Counted from the stretch's first letter, positions 26,001 to 37,100 are shown. The stretch is 64,000 bases of DNA from Laetmonice hystrix (GCA_965235115.1 OZ249437.1:6448001-6512000), one strand, 5' to 3'. Program-made: numbers and translations. Notes: a model not told the origin generated them from the sequence alone.

Positions 26001-29000
26001 AATATTCAAGTAGAAAACGCAGACCAGCTCAATGCCGAGTTCCGTTGCCCTTTCTCTCTTGCCGTCGGCGCTCCTCTGGTACCAGGCATTCAATGCATTT
26101 ACAGGCTTTAAACCGTGCCGAATTATTTATTCTGTGTATAGGGATACTACAATCGAAACAAAACTTTTAGTTTGCATTCATTGCAACTTTATTTATCTCA
26201 ACGTTTCTTTAAACGCTCTCGCAGAACAGACCCATATGTGAAGGTGCAAAGTAAGCAATGGGGGAAAATGCCCCCGGAATTTAAGATACCGACAGTTAGA
26301 GAGTTGGCAACTGAAGACCTGCACTTTAGCAATTGGAAATATATTCGTGTCTTTATCAACAAACGACTTTCCATGGCAACAGCTGCCCGCCCCATTTGTC
26401 GTATGTTTCGATCATATACTTCCATCGTATACGTCCTGTCAATCATAGACTTACAAACGAAACAACCACAGACCATTACCGGAGAGGAGGGGTAGATTTA
26501 GAGGTTCCTATATACGGGGGGCACTCGTAAACGATCGACAGCAACAGCAGACTGCAGAGAGCCAAGGCGACATTTTAGTATTTTGATACCCACTACATCG
26601 TCGGCGAACATCAAAACAACGCACACGAGTTTGACATTTTCCTTGCGTGGAAGGTGCGCCCAAATACGTCATTGGTTGTCAGCTGCCTGGTAAAAGCAGC
26701 TTCCTTTTACGTATTGCCTCCTTGTCGTGTTATGTCACCATGTACGTTCAAGAGCAGACTCGAGGCAGCCGTGCCGCTCGTGACGATCATCCCAAAATGG
26801 ATATGATGTTGTTGCTGGTTTTTTAAAAATATTTTTTTTTTCTTATTGATATGGCTTCCTTGCTGAGAATGGGGTTGCTAACGAGTAAAACGCTGATCAT
26901 AAAGCTTGTTATCGTTTAATCCCCTTCAGTATCCTCTTGTTTGATGTTCTGCAACGACCATGATTGAGGGGGGGGGGCGCACCGGTCTAAAAATAGACGA
27001 AAATATTTGATGATTGAAGGGTTGTAAGTGAAAACATGCAGGACTTGAGAGAAATATTTCCTTTGGATGGGAGCCAGACAGCTTACCATATATGGCTGCG
27101 TGTTACGGCGTGGCTTAGGGACTGATCCCTTGCTGTCAAATCTAACCATGGAAACGTTAGGGACTGATCCCTGGCTGTCACATCTGACCATGGAAACGTT
27201 AGGGACTGGTCCCTGGCTGTCAAAGCTACTCATGGAAACGTTAGGGACTGATCCCTGGCTGTCAAAGCTACCCATGGAAACGTTAGGGACTGATCCCTTG
27301 CTGTCAAAGCTACCCATGGAAACGTTAGAGACTGATCCCTTGCTGTCAAATCTACCCATGGAAACGTTAGGGACTGATCCCTTGCTGTCAAAGCTACCCA
27401 TGGAAACGTTAGGGACTGGTCCCTGGCTGTCAAAGCTACCCATGGAAACGTTAGGGACTGATCCCTTGCTGTCAAAGCTACCCATGGAAACGTTAGGGAC
27501 TGATCCCTGGCTGTCAACTATGGAAACGTTAGGGACTGATCCCTGGCTGTCAAAGCTACCAATGGAAACGTTAGGGACTGATCCCTTGCTGTCAAAGCTA
27601 CCCATGGAAACGTTAGGGACTGATCCCTGGCTGTCAAAGCTACCCATGGAAACGTTAGGGACTGATCCCTGGCTGTCAAAGCTAACCATGGAAACGTTAG
27701 GGACTGATCCCTTGCTGTCAAAGCTACCCATGGAAACGTCAGGGACTGATCCCTGGCTGTCAAAGCTACCCATGGAAACGTTAGGGACTGATCCCTGGCT
27801 GTCAAAGCTACCCATGGAAACGTTAGGGACTGATCCCTGGCTGTCAAAGCTACCCATGGAAACGTTAGGGACTGATCCCTGGCTGTCAAAGCTACCCATG
27901 GAAACGTTAGGGACTGATCCCTTGCTGTCAAAACTACCCATGGAAACGTTAGGGACTGATCCCTGGCTGTCAAAGCTACCCATGGAAACGTTAGGGACTG
28001 ATCCCTTGCTGTCAAAGGTAACCATGGAAACATTGAGGCCAGGCCTACTTGATGGTTCGGTTTACGGTTATTTGATCGAAATAAATAAATAAGGTTCGCA
28101 AGACGCCTACAGAAGTGATACAAAGATGCATGAAGACACAAGTAGAAAATATCATGATATGACATAATTATCAATGAAGGAAGCAGTTGGTTCGTCTATG
28201 GTTCTTTACAGACACATCACTCAATATGCCTGATACTCAAAACACTTCAGTAAAAAAAAAGACGAGTGCTTAGGCCAAACGCCCATAATCTGTCTGGCCT
28301 TAGCGAGGTTCATAGTCTGTACGAGGCTGTTTCTATTCCTGAACAGTTATCATGTCAGTGGTCCTCATTATGAGACAGAGAATGTGTGTTTCGACAGGTC
28401 GTCACAGTCCATCCATATCTACTCGTAGTGTTCTAGGGGATGCATACTTGAATGGTTCATACAATCAGTCACTATGTTCTCTTTGAAATCTATGCCCTCA
28501 ATGAAGACACGCAGCATTGAATCCCTGTTAAAGGACAAAGACATCCAGAGGCAGTCCTAACATTGTCATTCTTCCATTGAAATAGTGACATCCCAGTTGT
28601 TTTGTTAAAGATGAAGACAGCCTCGTAACCCTTGACAGAGTCATCGTCTACTAAGTCTAGCGGGACAATAATTGATGGGAATAGGTTGTTGTTCTCTCCC
28701 CCCTCCTCCCCCTCCACGGCCATCACTGCGCAAGGTTACAGTCTATAAGGGGATGCGGCAACAGGGAGCCGATTTCAGTCTCAGCAACTGCCACATCATC
28801 ATCCATCACCTAGTAGTCCCACGACCCCTTGTCAGAGGCGAATGCATCACCCCCTAAAAATGTGCTGTCTTGGAATAGCAGCTGTAATTTGTGATGGAAC
28901 CTGAGCGATTTCACCCTCATTTAGCCGTGGCTGCCGACAGTCCACGTCGTCCATTGGCCCACGGTTTGGGAGCACCCTTCACTAATCTGGCGTTGTAATG

Positions 29001-31923
29001 CGCCATGCATTACGGGGTCCGAGAGGTTGCGAGAGCATTATTTTTTCTCTTGGCGGTGAGGTGGGTGACGTCATGATAATCACCTCTGATGGCCCCACAT
29101 TCCGTCCCCAGGGAGACACGTCCCCCTCAGAGACTCCGTCGTCGGCACGTCCTTCCATAATTCCTCAATAGGCGAAGCCCTTCTATATGCAGAGTGCACT
29201 CAAAGTCTAATGATGGCTGCCATTTGTAATGCGCATGCGTCGCCGGCTGTTTGCCTCCTGCCGGATTGTGGCAAACATTGGCTGTTACAGCCGACTGCGC
29301 CGTATAAGTTCTCTCTTGCTGTCATACCTCCATTCATTAACTGGTGTTTTAATTGGATCAATATGTTTACTTCCAGTTCTAGGTTGCGCAGATCCGGTCG
29401 TTTCCGGCGGTGCCGAAGCGAGGCGAACCGGAAACACTGCAGAGGTCACGTGCCTGAAAACCGGCGAGAAGTGGACGTTGACGTGCCAGGGGAATTCTTG
29501 GAGAGGCCAGCGTGGGAACTGCACAGACGGTGAGTGTAGTCCTACACATCTGTGGTCAACATGACAAGCCGGCAAACCTTTTCAAGTTTGTATACATCAC
29601 CTGGGCGCCCAATCGTTAACCGGCCGCTATTTAAATTCTAAATTCGGCGTAGGCTGATAGTAAATTCCATTTGGAAGTTGTCGTTCCGTTTAAAATGTCA
29701 ATTTGTATGTATGAGATGCATGGGAGTAGCTGTTTAAGTACATATGGAAAGCCTTGACGGGACGCGGTAATCTTGGTAAAACAACTGGATATGAATTGGA
29801 ATCCATTTGCATCCATTGGATAGAGACAGGGTAACTTGACGGATTCAGTCCGGCTACCCGCCATTGAAGACTGTAACCTTATCTAGCCAAACGTGAATTG
29901 AATATAAATGGCGATTTAAACAGCGCCCTGTTTGATCACGATCCCCAGAGAGGAATTACGTTTAAATTGCGTAAGTTACATTTTATTTCAACCAGATGAT
30001 TCCGCCTCTCAGGGTGGAGTAGTACGATCAATGAGGAAGTTCTCCCTCATGAAGATTTATTGATTTCTCATGTAACGGGTATCTTTGTTTTTTATGTGTT
30101 CTCTCAAACGATTACAGACGACTATGTTGGTAGATTCTCACGGTTGTGCTGTTTTTTCTCTGTCCCCTACAGATGAGGCCTGGGACATATGGCAGGTGCT
30201 CTCGAATGACTGGACGTCCCCGCACGGTGAGTAACCAATAAATACGTTCTTTTCAGACAAAGTGTCTATAGCTTTAAATGAACTTTCTCTTTCTATCATT
30301 CTCCAACACGCGATGGATCAATAGTTGAGCTAATATTCTGAGAGGCTGGTGAACCTTTGGTTTGAGACTAATCAAGTAGACACAAGCCATCGCCAATATT
30401 TCACCAAGATGAGATTTTATAAAAGAGGTACTTTTTAAACGTATCTCATTGCAAGAAGCCATTTGAAGATAAAGGGGAAGTTTTTATTTTTTAAAACGCA
30501 TATTCTCGGTGTTTGTTCTTTAACAAAACGTATTCCCCTCGAAACATTTACTTGATCTTTCTTCATTGTATCCGTCGGGGGAGAAGATAGATAGTAGAAA
30601 TAGGCGCCGCCGACCTATTGAAAGATGGATTACATTTCTCCTGCATGTATGTATGCAGAGTAAATACTGAATACAAAGACGGGAAACAAATAGATTGTGG
30701 ACGTTTACACAGTGAGGCAGTGCAACAGAAGAAAAGCACCATTAGTTATTATCTCATGTTGAAAGCACGAAGAAGCATCGATTGATAGCTCCGGTTTGCA
30801 TTCCATTAATTTGCCGGCATTGTTTGCCTTTGTCGTGTAGACCTTGCCGACATGATGTATTGTTTTGATTATGTTGCTCTGCTGAAGACAGTGCGCCATT
30901 GCTGCGTTTGTTTTCATATTGCATTAGCGAGAGATGGCGGAGCTTTGATACTAAAGTGTGTCTGTTACTGAGTCGCTACTTGTGTCTTCAGGCATCCTGA
31001 TTGTGGCATGTCTTGGAATTGGACTTGGCGTCATTATCGGCGTGACCCTGCTGGCAATCGCTCTCGTCTGTATGAAACGGTAAGTGCTCACAAGAACTTT
31101 ACAGATAGACACAACATCTGTTAGACCTGCGCGGAATACCGACTTAGATTTCAAATAACTTTCTTTCATTAATTATACACCATAAATAAAACATTATACA
31201 TATATACCATACATTCCAACGAGTTCTATAACTTTTTACGGTCGGGACCAACTTTTTTTTATTATTATGAAGGGGTATAAAATTGATAAAACTAGGAAGC
31301 TATGCACTTAGTATTTGCCCTATCTGATGATTTATAATTATGTAATGATTGTCACATTTGCTAAAATGAGGTTCATAATAATTTGAGTTGAAAAAGTGAA
31401 AAAAACACCCAAACTTTTTATCTGTTTGTCTCGATCACGTGTGTGCTTGTAGCTCCTAATTTAGGCCTTTTGCCAAGCCAGAAACCATCACACAAATTAC
31501 CCCCCCCCCCAAAAAAAAAAAAATAGAGTAGCAAATATTGCTGTTTTTGAACGATACTGACCATCCCTTATGTCTTGCAGGCGTCGCTGTAAGCGAGATG
31601 CCGAACACTTGGACGGGTGCGCCATCGCGTCTGATGTAGATGGTCAACCAAGACACGATAGTATGTGTACAAATGACTGCTCGTCCGCACCCCTCGTCAA
31701 AAACTGCTCTCGTTTGAAGGAGGGTGATTACGACTACCGCTGGCAACAGAGTCGCCCCCTAGTGCCAATACCTCAAGACCAAATCCGCGCACATGGCGAC
31801 AAGGGCGACACCTTGGAGTTTCCACCACCACCATATCCTAATTCCACTCTTTACCGCCAGGCGGGGCTATCGACGTTCAAACCCCGCGATGAACAAGAAC
31901 ATATTTATGAGAGCCCTAATTGA
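19742..31923 (+). CDS. Spliced gene model (5'-partial): single-pass receptor, SUEL lectin + CUB-like + 4-Cys module + TM + cytoplasmic tail; join 19742-20023, 25424-25822, 29383-29529, 30173-30226, 30992-31079, 31581-31923
   Basis: All junctions are canonical (acceptors TTCAG, GACAG, TCTAG, TACAG, TTCAG, TGCAG; donors GTAGGT, GTAAGC, GTGAGT, GTGAGT, GTAAGT). Phases match (1,1,1,1,1,2). The exons total 1313 nt and give a continuous frame to TGA at 31921-31923. Domain order is coherent for a type I membrane protein. Confidence 0.88.
22735..23190 (+). mobile_element. Highly decayed RTE-like LINE RT fragment in intron 1
   Basis: Remnants SAPLSP..IIDRL, RGLKLNFAK, FGSM (YLGS), CEDEV and RV*A (RVQA). 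Spacing of the last four is close to RTE-clade RT as I recall it. No intact YADD. Confidence 0.45.
25424..25822 (+). CDS. Exon encoding a CUB-like domain
   Basis: Contains CQ...LTAPSGQI...CPWVIRAKPGQRLNITLLDF...CQRY...VCGG...VYVSDTNQVHVQV...FLLAYT, the CUB pattern (SG-x-I, C-x-W-x-I, DF, CG, S-x-x-N, F-x-x-x-Y). Acceptor gacag, donor g|gtaagc; 399 nt, phase 1-1. Confidence 0.9.
27114..28030. repeat. 42-bp minisatellite, about 22 copies, in intron 2 of the receptor gene
   Basis: Unit CCATGGAAACGTTAGGGACTGATCCC(TG/TT)GCTGTCAAAGCTAC. Confidence 0.97.
28270..28690 (-). mobile_element. Decayed CR1/L2/Jockey-type LINE RT fragment in intron 2
   Basis: Minus-strand remnants in expected order: IFNKTTG...WKNDNV (IFNKS..G..WK.ANV), CPLTGIQCC (RPISLTS.CC), ENIV...MNH, RPVETHI (RSCETQL), QTD...LA*AL (QTD..LDF.KAF). 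Stops and indels are present. Confidence 0.5.
29383..29529 (+). CDS. Exon encoding a short 4-Cys/2-Trp extracellular module (sushi/CCP-like size)
   Basis: GCADPVVSGGAEARRTGNTAEVTCLKTGEKWTLTCQGNSWRGQRGNCTD. Acceptor ttccagttctag, donor g|gtgagt; 147 nt, phase 1-1. Confidence 0.85.
30173..30226 (+). CDS. Short juxtamembrane linker exon
   Basis: Strong acceptor gttttttctctgtcccctacag and donor g|gtgagt. The 54 nt translate in frame as DEAWDIWQVLSNDWTSPH. Confidence 0.75.
30992..31079 (+). CDS. Transmembrane-helix exon
   Basis: GILIVACLGIGLGVIIGVTLLAIALVCMKR is about 26 hydrophobic residues followed by a basic stop-transfer. Acceptor gtgtcttcag, donor cg|gtaagt (phase 2). Confidence 0.87.
31581..31923 (+). 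CDS. Terminal exon: cytoplasmic tail with PPPY and HIYESP motifs
   Basis: Acceptor cccttatgtcttgcag; phase 2 matches the TM exon (KRRRCKR). The frame runs to EFPPPPYP...EQEHIYESPN-stop. Confidence 0.85.
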
Positions 31924-32192
31924 CATCGTTATGATGAAGGAGAGAATGTTTTTTGGCGGATGAGACTGTAAAGGGACTGCACACATGAGTTGAAGGTGAA
32001 CGGAGGGAAGTTAAAGGTTCTCCTCTGATAGGAGGGCGTCATGATTGTGCCACAACTGATGAAGCCACGCCCTGTGGCGTTCGCTAAATTGGAAACGTAT
32101 GTGTCTGTGATATGACAAAGTCACCCCAGGGTGGGAGGAGGGGGGGCCTCATCCCCCCTGAAGTGGAATCTCGGCAGTGTACGTAAAGCCGT

Positions 32193-33013
32193 AATAAAAT
32201 ATTCAGAACACAGTGACGGTCGTCAGAGGATATATTGTCAGAATACGTAAGTGGGAAAAGCAAGTAGCTGCAGCTCGCTTTTACATAAGCCCAGACTCTG
32301 CTAGTGCCATTGTGTATTATATATAATGATGCCTTTCGTTTTGAAGTCACGGAGAGAATGGCAACCCTATGGAATGGCTCTTGAACGAGCGATCTACGTT
32401 CAGAACTCCGTAAATAGAGGATTTGTTCTTTTTTTAATCTTTACGATACCGACTTACACGGATAATACAAGAATAAATGTCAACGCCAGGGAAGGAAACT
32501 TGGATCGCTCTCTATTCCTTGGAATATACCAGTGAGATAACATAAATGACTTGAATAATGTCACGAATAAAAAGATGTCATTGCAAATCCAGTCTGGATT
32601 CGATGAACTCGATTTCATCTTCAGCGTTATATTTCAGTATCTGTTTGAATGTGTCAGTACTGGCTAAAAGACGTGGTATAGCTCCACCTACAAGTTCTAA
32701 CAGGCCAGTCACACACTGACAAGACAGTAAACCAATCGGTCAAGGATATTTTCAAGGCCTGCTTGTCGTATACCCATACGGCAAACAGTGTTCATGGCCA
32801 CTGATCGAAACATTCATAATAAATTTGCCGCCTCTAAATGATTCTGATTGTTACCCCCTGAATCGTGGTCTATACGTTAAAAAGAACTACACCTCAGACT
32901 TCTGTTATTAGATGGTTACACCACGTGTCTGTTTTCTTATTCCTTGAGTTATATACTCCGTCGCAGAGATCTATACCAGTATACGTTTTTCAGTATGTTT
33001 GATTCATAATAAA
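32193..33013 (+). terminator. Candidate polyadenylation signals of the receptor gene
   Basis: AATAAA at about 32193, 32566, 32817 and 33008, downstream of the stop. Which one is used cannot be told. Confidence 0.35.
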
Positions 33014-33063
33014 AGTGAATATGTTGTTCATTGGTTTCGCGTTTTATGTAATATGCCGAAAAC

Positions 33064-33119
33064 TAGAATTATGAGAGAGAGAACGTGAGAGAACGAGATA
33101 GTGATAGTGATATACATGT

Positions 33120-33170
<51 letters not shown>

Positions 33171-33200
33171 TGGAGAGACAGAGACAGAGACAGGAAGAGG
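33064..33200. repeat. (GA)n-rich microsatellite
   Basis: GAGAGA/GATAGA runs. Confidence 0.9.
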
Positions 33201-34318
33201 CAGAATACTGAAATTTTAAAATGGCATGCAGGATAGGTTTGTGTCATTAATGCTTAGATCAGTGCTGCCTCTGAAGTAATATTATCCCCGCCATAGATCT
33301 TACACGAATTATAACATCATTACTGAGTCTCCAAGATTCCAGTCTCAAGGTTATATGATCAATCACATAGCAAAGGACGACCTTCAACTTATCATGCAAG
33401 CACCATGTGTTTGCGTGCACCGTGTAGTATAGATGACTAAACTTTAATTAGAAGTAAAGAGATAAGGAACTAGCGAGCCAGAAACGCTAGAGGGCGGGTC
33501 AGTCTGGAGCCGTGCCGTGGTGTCTTTAACCAGGGCATGGTATACATGTACATGTATATCGTACGAACTCGCACCTTGGGGGGGGGGGGGGGGCATTTAT
33601 GTCAGGACGTCTTAAAAATGAAAATCAGGAATGAATATCCGAGCCCTTCCTGGAACAAAAGGGTGGGCGTTTACTGGTGCCTATATAGCCTGGGAGATGC
33701 AGTGTGATTAAAACTATATTGTACCCGGGAGACTAGCTTCCCTTATACGAAAGCTGTTTCTGACAGCACCTTGCAACCCATGAAAGCCCCGGACGCGTAA
33801 AGGTCCTTTCTATAATTAGACGTATTAGTGCAGAAAACCGTCAGATTTCCACACGTCAAAGTTAATAAACCACTCTCCATTGTAGCATGTCAGGGCCGGG
33901 CTGCCTGTATCGATCAGCACACAGCGCCTCTAGCGGTATTTGTCTGAAGCAGGCACGTGGATCACGGTCTAGTGGACTCACGCAATGCTGAGTGTGCAGA
34001 CAACAACACCTTCAGATTAATGCAGAAAACAAATCTATCACCCAATCCGTGACGCTGCAAAGGGAATTAGCTAGTTTAGAATTTTGTCGTTTTCACTTAA
34101 ATGGAATTTCGGTTTCATTGAGGTGTTTCAATTCAAACGTTTTTTTAGGTTTTAATAAGTCTGCAAGCAAGTGTAGAAATCATACGTGCCTTTAAAGGAG
34201 GCCTACACTCAACCATAATATCATGTGATCTTCTAATAGTCGCCTCACTTATGTAGAGGGCGTGCAGCACGACTCATTTGGAGGGCAGACAAACCATAAG
34301 CACGTTTTTTCCGTCCAA

Positions 34319-34456
34319 GTGACGTCACTGCCCGTCCTCTATGTGACGTCACTGCCCGTCCTCTATGTGACGTCACTGCCCGTCCTCTATGTGACGTCAC
34401 TGCCCGTCCTCTATGTGACGTCACTGCCCGTCCTCTGACGTCACTGCCCGTCCTCC
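34319..34456. repeat. 24-bp minisatellite carrying six TGACGTCA (CRE) palindromes
   Basis: Unit GTGACGTCACTGCCCGTCCTCTAT; TGACGTCA at 34320, 34344, 34368, 34392, 34416 and 34436. Confidence 0.95.
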
Positions 34457-36149
34457 ATGTGTGCCCAGTTACTTCAGAGTCCATGGCTTTGTTCAAAATG
34501 AAATCAAAACGTCGAGAAAGTGCTTGAGAAACGATATACTGAAGATCGTTTTGGACGTCGCTATTAACACTGCAAGCCTTCTCCGATATTTTAACCGACT
34601 CCGTCAGCCTCGCACTTTTTCGCACAGAAAGTTCCACTGAGTCACTTGCTGGCTGCTCAGATGCCACCTAGCGCTTATTGCCGAAACTAGTCAGAACCCT
34701 GCGGCCTCGCAAATCTCTCGTCTGCGAGGGAAATGACGAGACAGTCGGTGAAAACATTTTGCATGTTTCAGATTGTGGGGGAAAATTACTTATTTGGGGG
34801 GAAATGGGTAAATTCTATAGGCCCCTACATGGACTGTGAGTTGGCAGAGGTATGTGGGTCTAGCATTGCCAGCTATACCATTGGGTCGATTAGATGGATG
34901 CCTCAGCTAGCTTATTATAGAGGTGTCGTCCAAGAACGCAATCCAGTATATCAAACAACAAAACATAATACTCTACATTCCATAAAGCTTTCAGATATTT
35001 TTTGCTTCTTTATCAACATCAATCGTTCATGAGACAATACAAGTATATATACTGTCTGCACACTACGCTTTGAGTGATTGTCTACAACATCTTGGGATTG
35101 GAGATACAGTAAGTCGATATTAGGCCATGGAACACTTCATTCATGCCAAGCCATGCAGCTTTCGTTGCCCTCCTAGACGACGGTCATCCGATAACCAGTT
35201 ATTGGATGCTGCGTCACCACTTCATGTTATTACGTTGTCAGCCTGGAAACCACCTAGATGATATCAGAGTTGAAAGTTTAGTGGGGGAGAAGCGACATTG
35301 TTCCAGGAAAATCCCCCTTCCCCTGGCCATCCCAGAGATTCGCTCTTCTCGCTCGAAAGGTCAGCATGGAGGAAGCCGTAGCCATTTCACACATTTCTGG
35401 GAAAAGGAACTCATTGATAGTCAATCATTAACTTCAGATACTTCCGTTGAGTGGACAGCGCATGCGCGAATATGTATGAGAATAGTTGTCAAGGCAACAT
35501 AATCAAACTATGCAGATTGAGTCCTTTTTGGCGTGATTGCGAATACTCGTAAATCTGCGACTACAGTAGGGAAGAATACCTCGCTTTCTGGTTCTTGTTC
35601 AGGTCTGATGAGTCTTAATAATCTTCTGTAGTCCGCCCCGAGTGCCGGATACGTTAGGCTAAGAGAATTCTGGGCCATAGACATTCCTGACATTGCAAGT
35701 ACTGACATCAACATATCCAACAGCAAGCAGCCTACTCAGATTTAATATCGAATAATGCTGAAAATCTTCTGAAATTTATTACAACGAATTCTGATAAAAC
35801 GAGATCCCTTGCCCTATAGTAAATGGAGTTCCAATCAATTATTGGCGTAGATTTACCTGCACGAGATATTTAGCGTTGTCGTGATCACGAATATTAAAGG
35901 TTACTGGCATGATCTGCACTCAGTATAATTTGGATCATTTTGATAGGATTACACAGGATGATACCTTACCACTTCCTTTCAGGTATAATACAATCAAAGT
36001 CGCATTTGATTAAAATGGCGTGCTCAGAGAACGAGTGGAGCTTCTAATTCTTCCGCGATCAGCACTCCAAACATAATCCTGCCTACACGGCACTCGATTA
36101 TATTTTCTGTTTGCTTATGACCTAAATTAAATTGGTTTAAGCGGAATAA

Positions 36150-36158
36150 ATGAATGAA

Positions 36159-36193
<35 letters not shown>
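36150..36193. repeat. (TAAA)n microsatellite
   Basis: AATG then AATA runs. Confidence 0.9.
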
Positions 36194-36698
36194 GTTCTTT
36201 TTCCTTATGAGCATCGCCCGTCATATTATAATATATCGCACACTTTATTTATTTTTTGCTCCTTGTCCCGTTGAAGTATACTAACCATACTTCTCAGCTA
36301 GTAAAATCGTACCCCAGGATACTTAGATGTAATAATGTTACTGTCCACAGAAGAAAGACAGATTGATGACACACAGGCAGGTGATTCAGGTGATTTTATC
36401 TCTAGTCTGTCAAATAAAATATGTACATCATGTACTCCTTTGGCATGTGCCCCCCCCCCCCCGTAACTATAAGACAATAAAGTACACATCCCTCTTATAT
36501 AGTTTATACTCATCGAAATTATAGGTTAGCCGTATATCGAGTTCCTTGCCTGCTTAATTCGAGATACTAACCGGTGCTTTTTTTTTATCAACGTCATAAG
36601 TCATGCTGGCCTTGCATGATTGTTTTTTATCCTGGCGCTCTGGCTCTGGCTGGTGACGATGAGGACTACCATTTGCATCTGAAGTAGAGCCCTGTTCC

Positions 36699-36835
36699 GG
36701 CTAGATATGTCCGAACGGCTAGTTATGTCCGAGAGGATATATGTCCGAAAATATCAGCTAGATATGTCCGGTAACCCGGATATGTCTGCAAATATCAGCT
36801 AGATATGTCCGGTAATCCGGATCTGTCCGCATCTG
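36699..36835. repeat. Degenerate repeat of a GATATGTCCG core
   Basis: CTAGATATGTCCG-like motif about 7 times with variable spacers, including two ~40-bp near-copies. Confidence 0.75.
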
Positions 36836-37100
36836 GAGTAGAGCCCTCGTCGAACCATATGTATACGTGTAAATGTTTGTCAGTTACCTGCTGTAAGGTC
36901 GATGGCTTTTCCCGGATACTCCAGTTTCCTAGATCTATACAATTGACGGTCTCTACATATGACCTGCGCTGTTGTTGAGGCATCAACTCCATTTCCAAAT
37001 CCAAATCTTATTCTGGATTGGCAACGCGCGGTTTCTTGTATACCAGTGTCATTTATTATTCGATGCCAATAGTGCATTTGGTTAGCCAAAGGATGCCTCT

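Noticed and set aside
26225-26250. TDPYVKVQ resembling the C2-domain DPYVKV motif
   Set aside because: No other C2 strands follow and no partner exons were found; treated only as a possible cryptic exon in another frame.
27114-28030. TTAGGG in every 42-bp unit as interstitial telomere sequence
   Set aside because: Single isolated hexamers, not tandem telomeric repeats.
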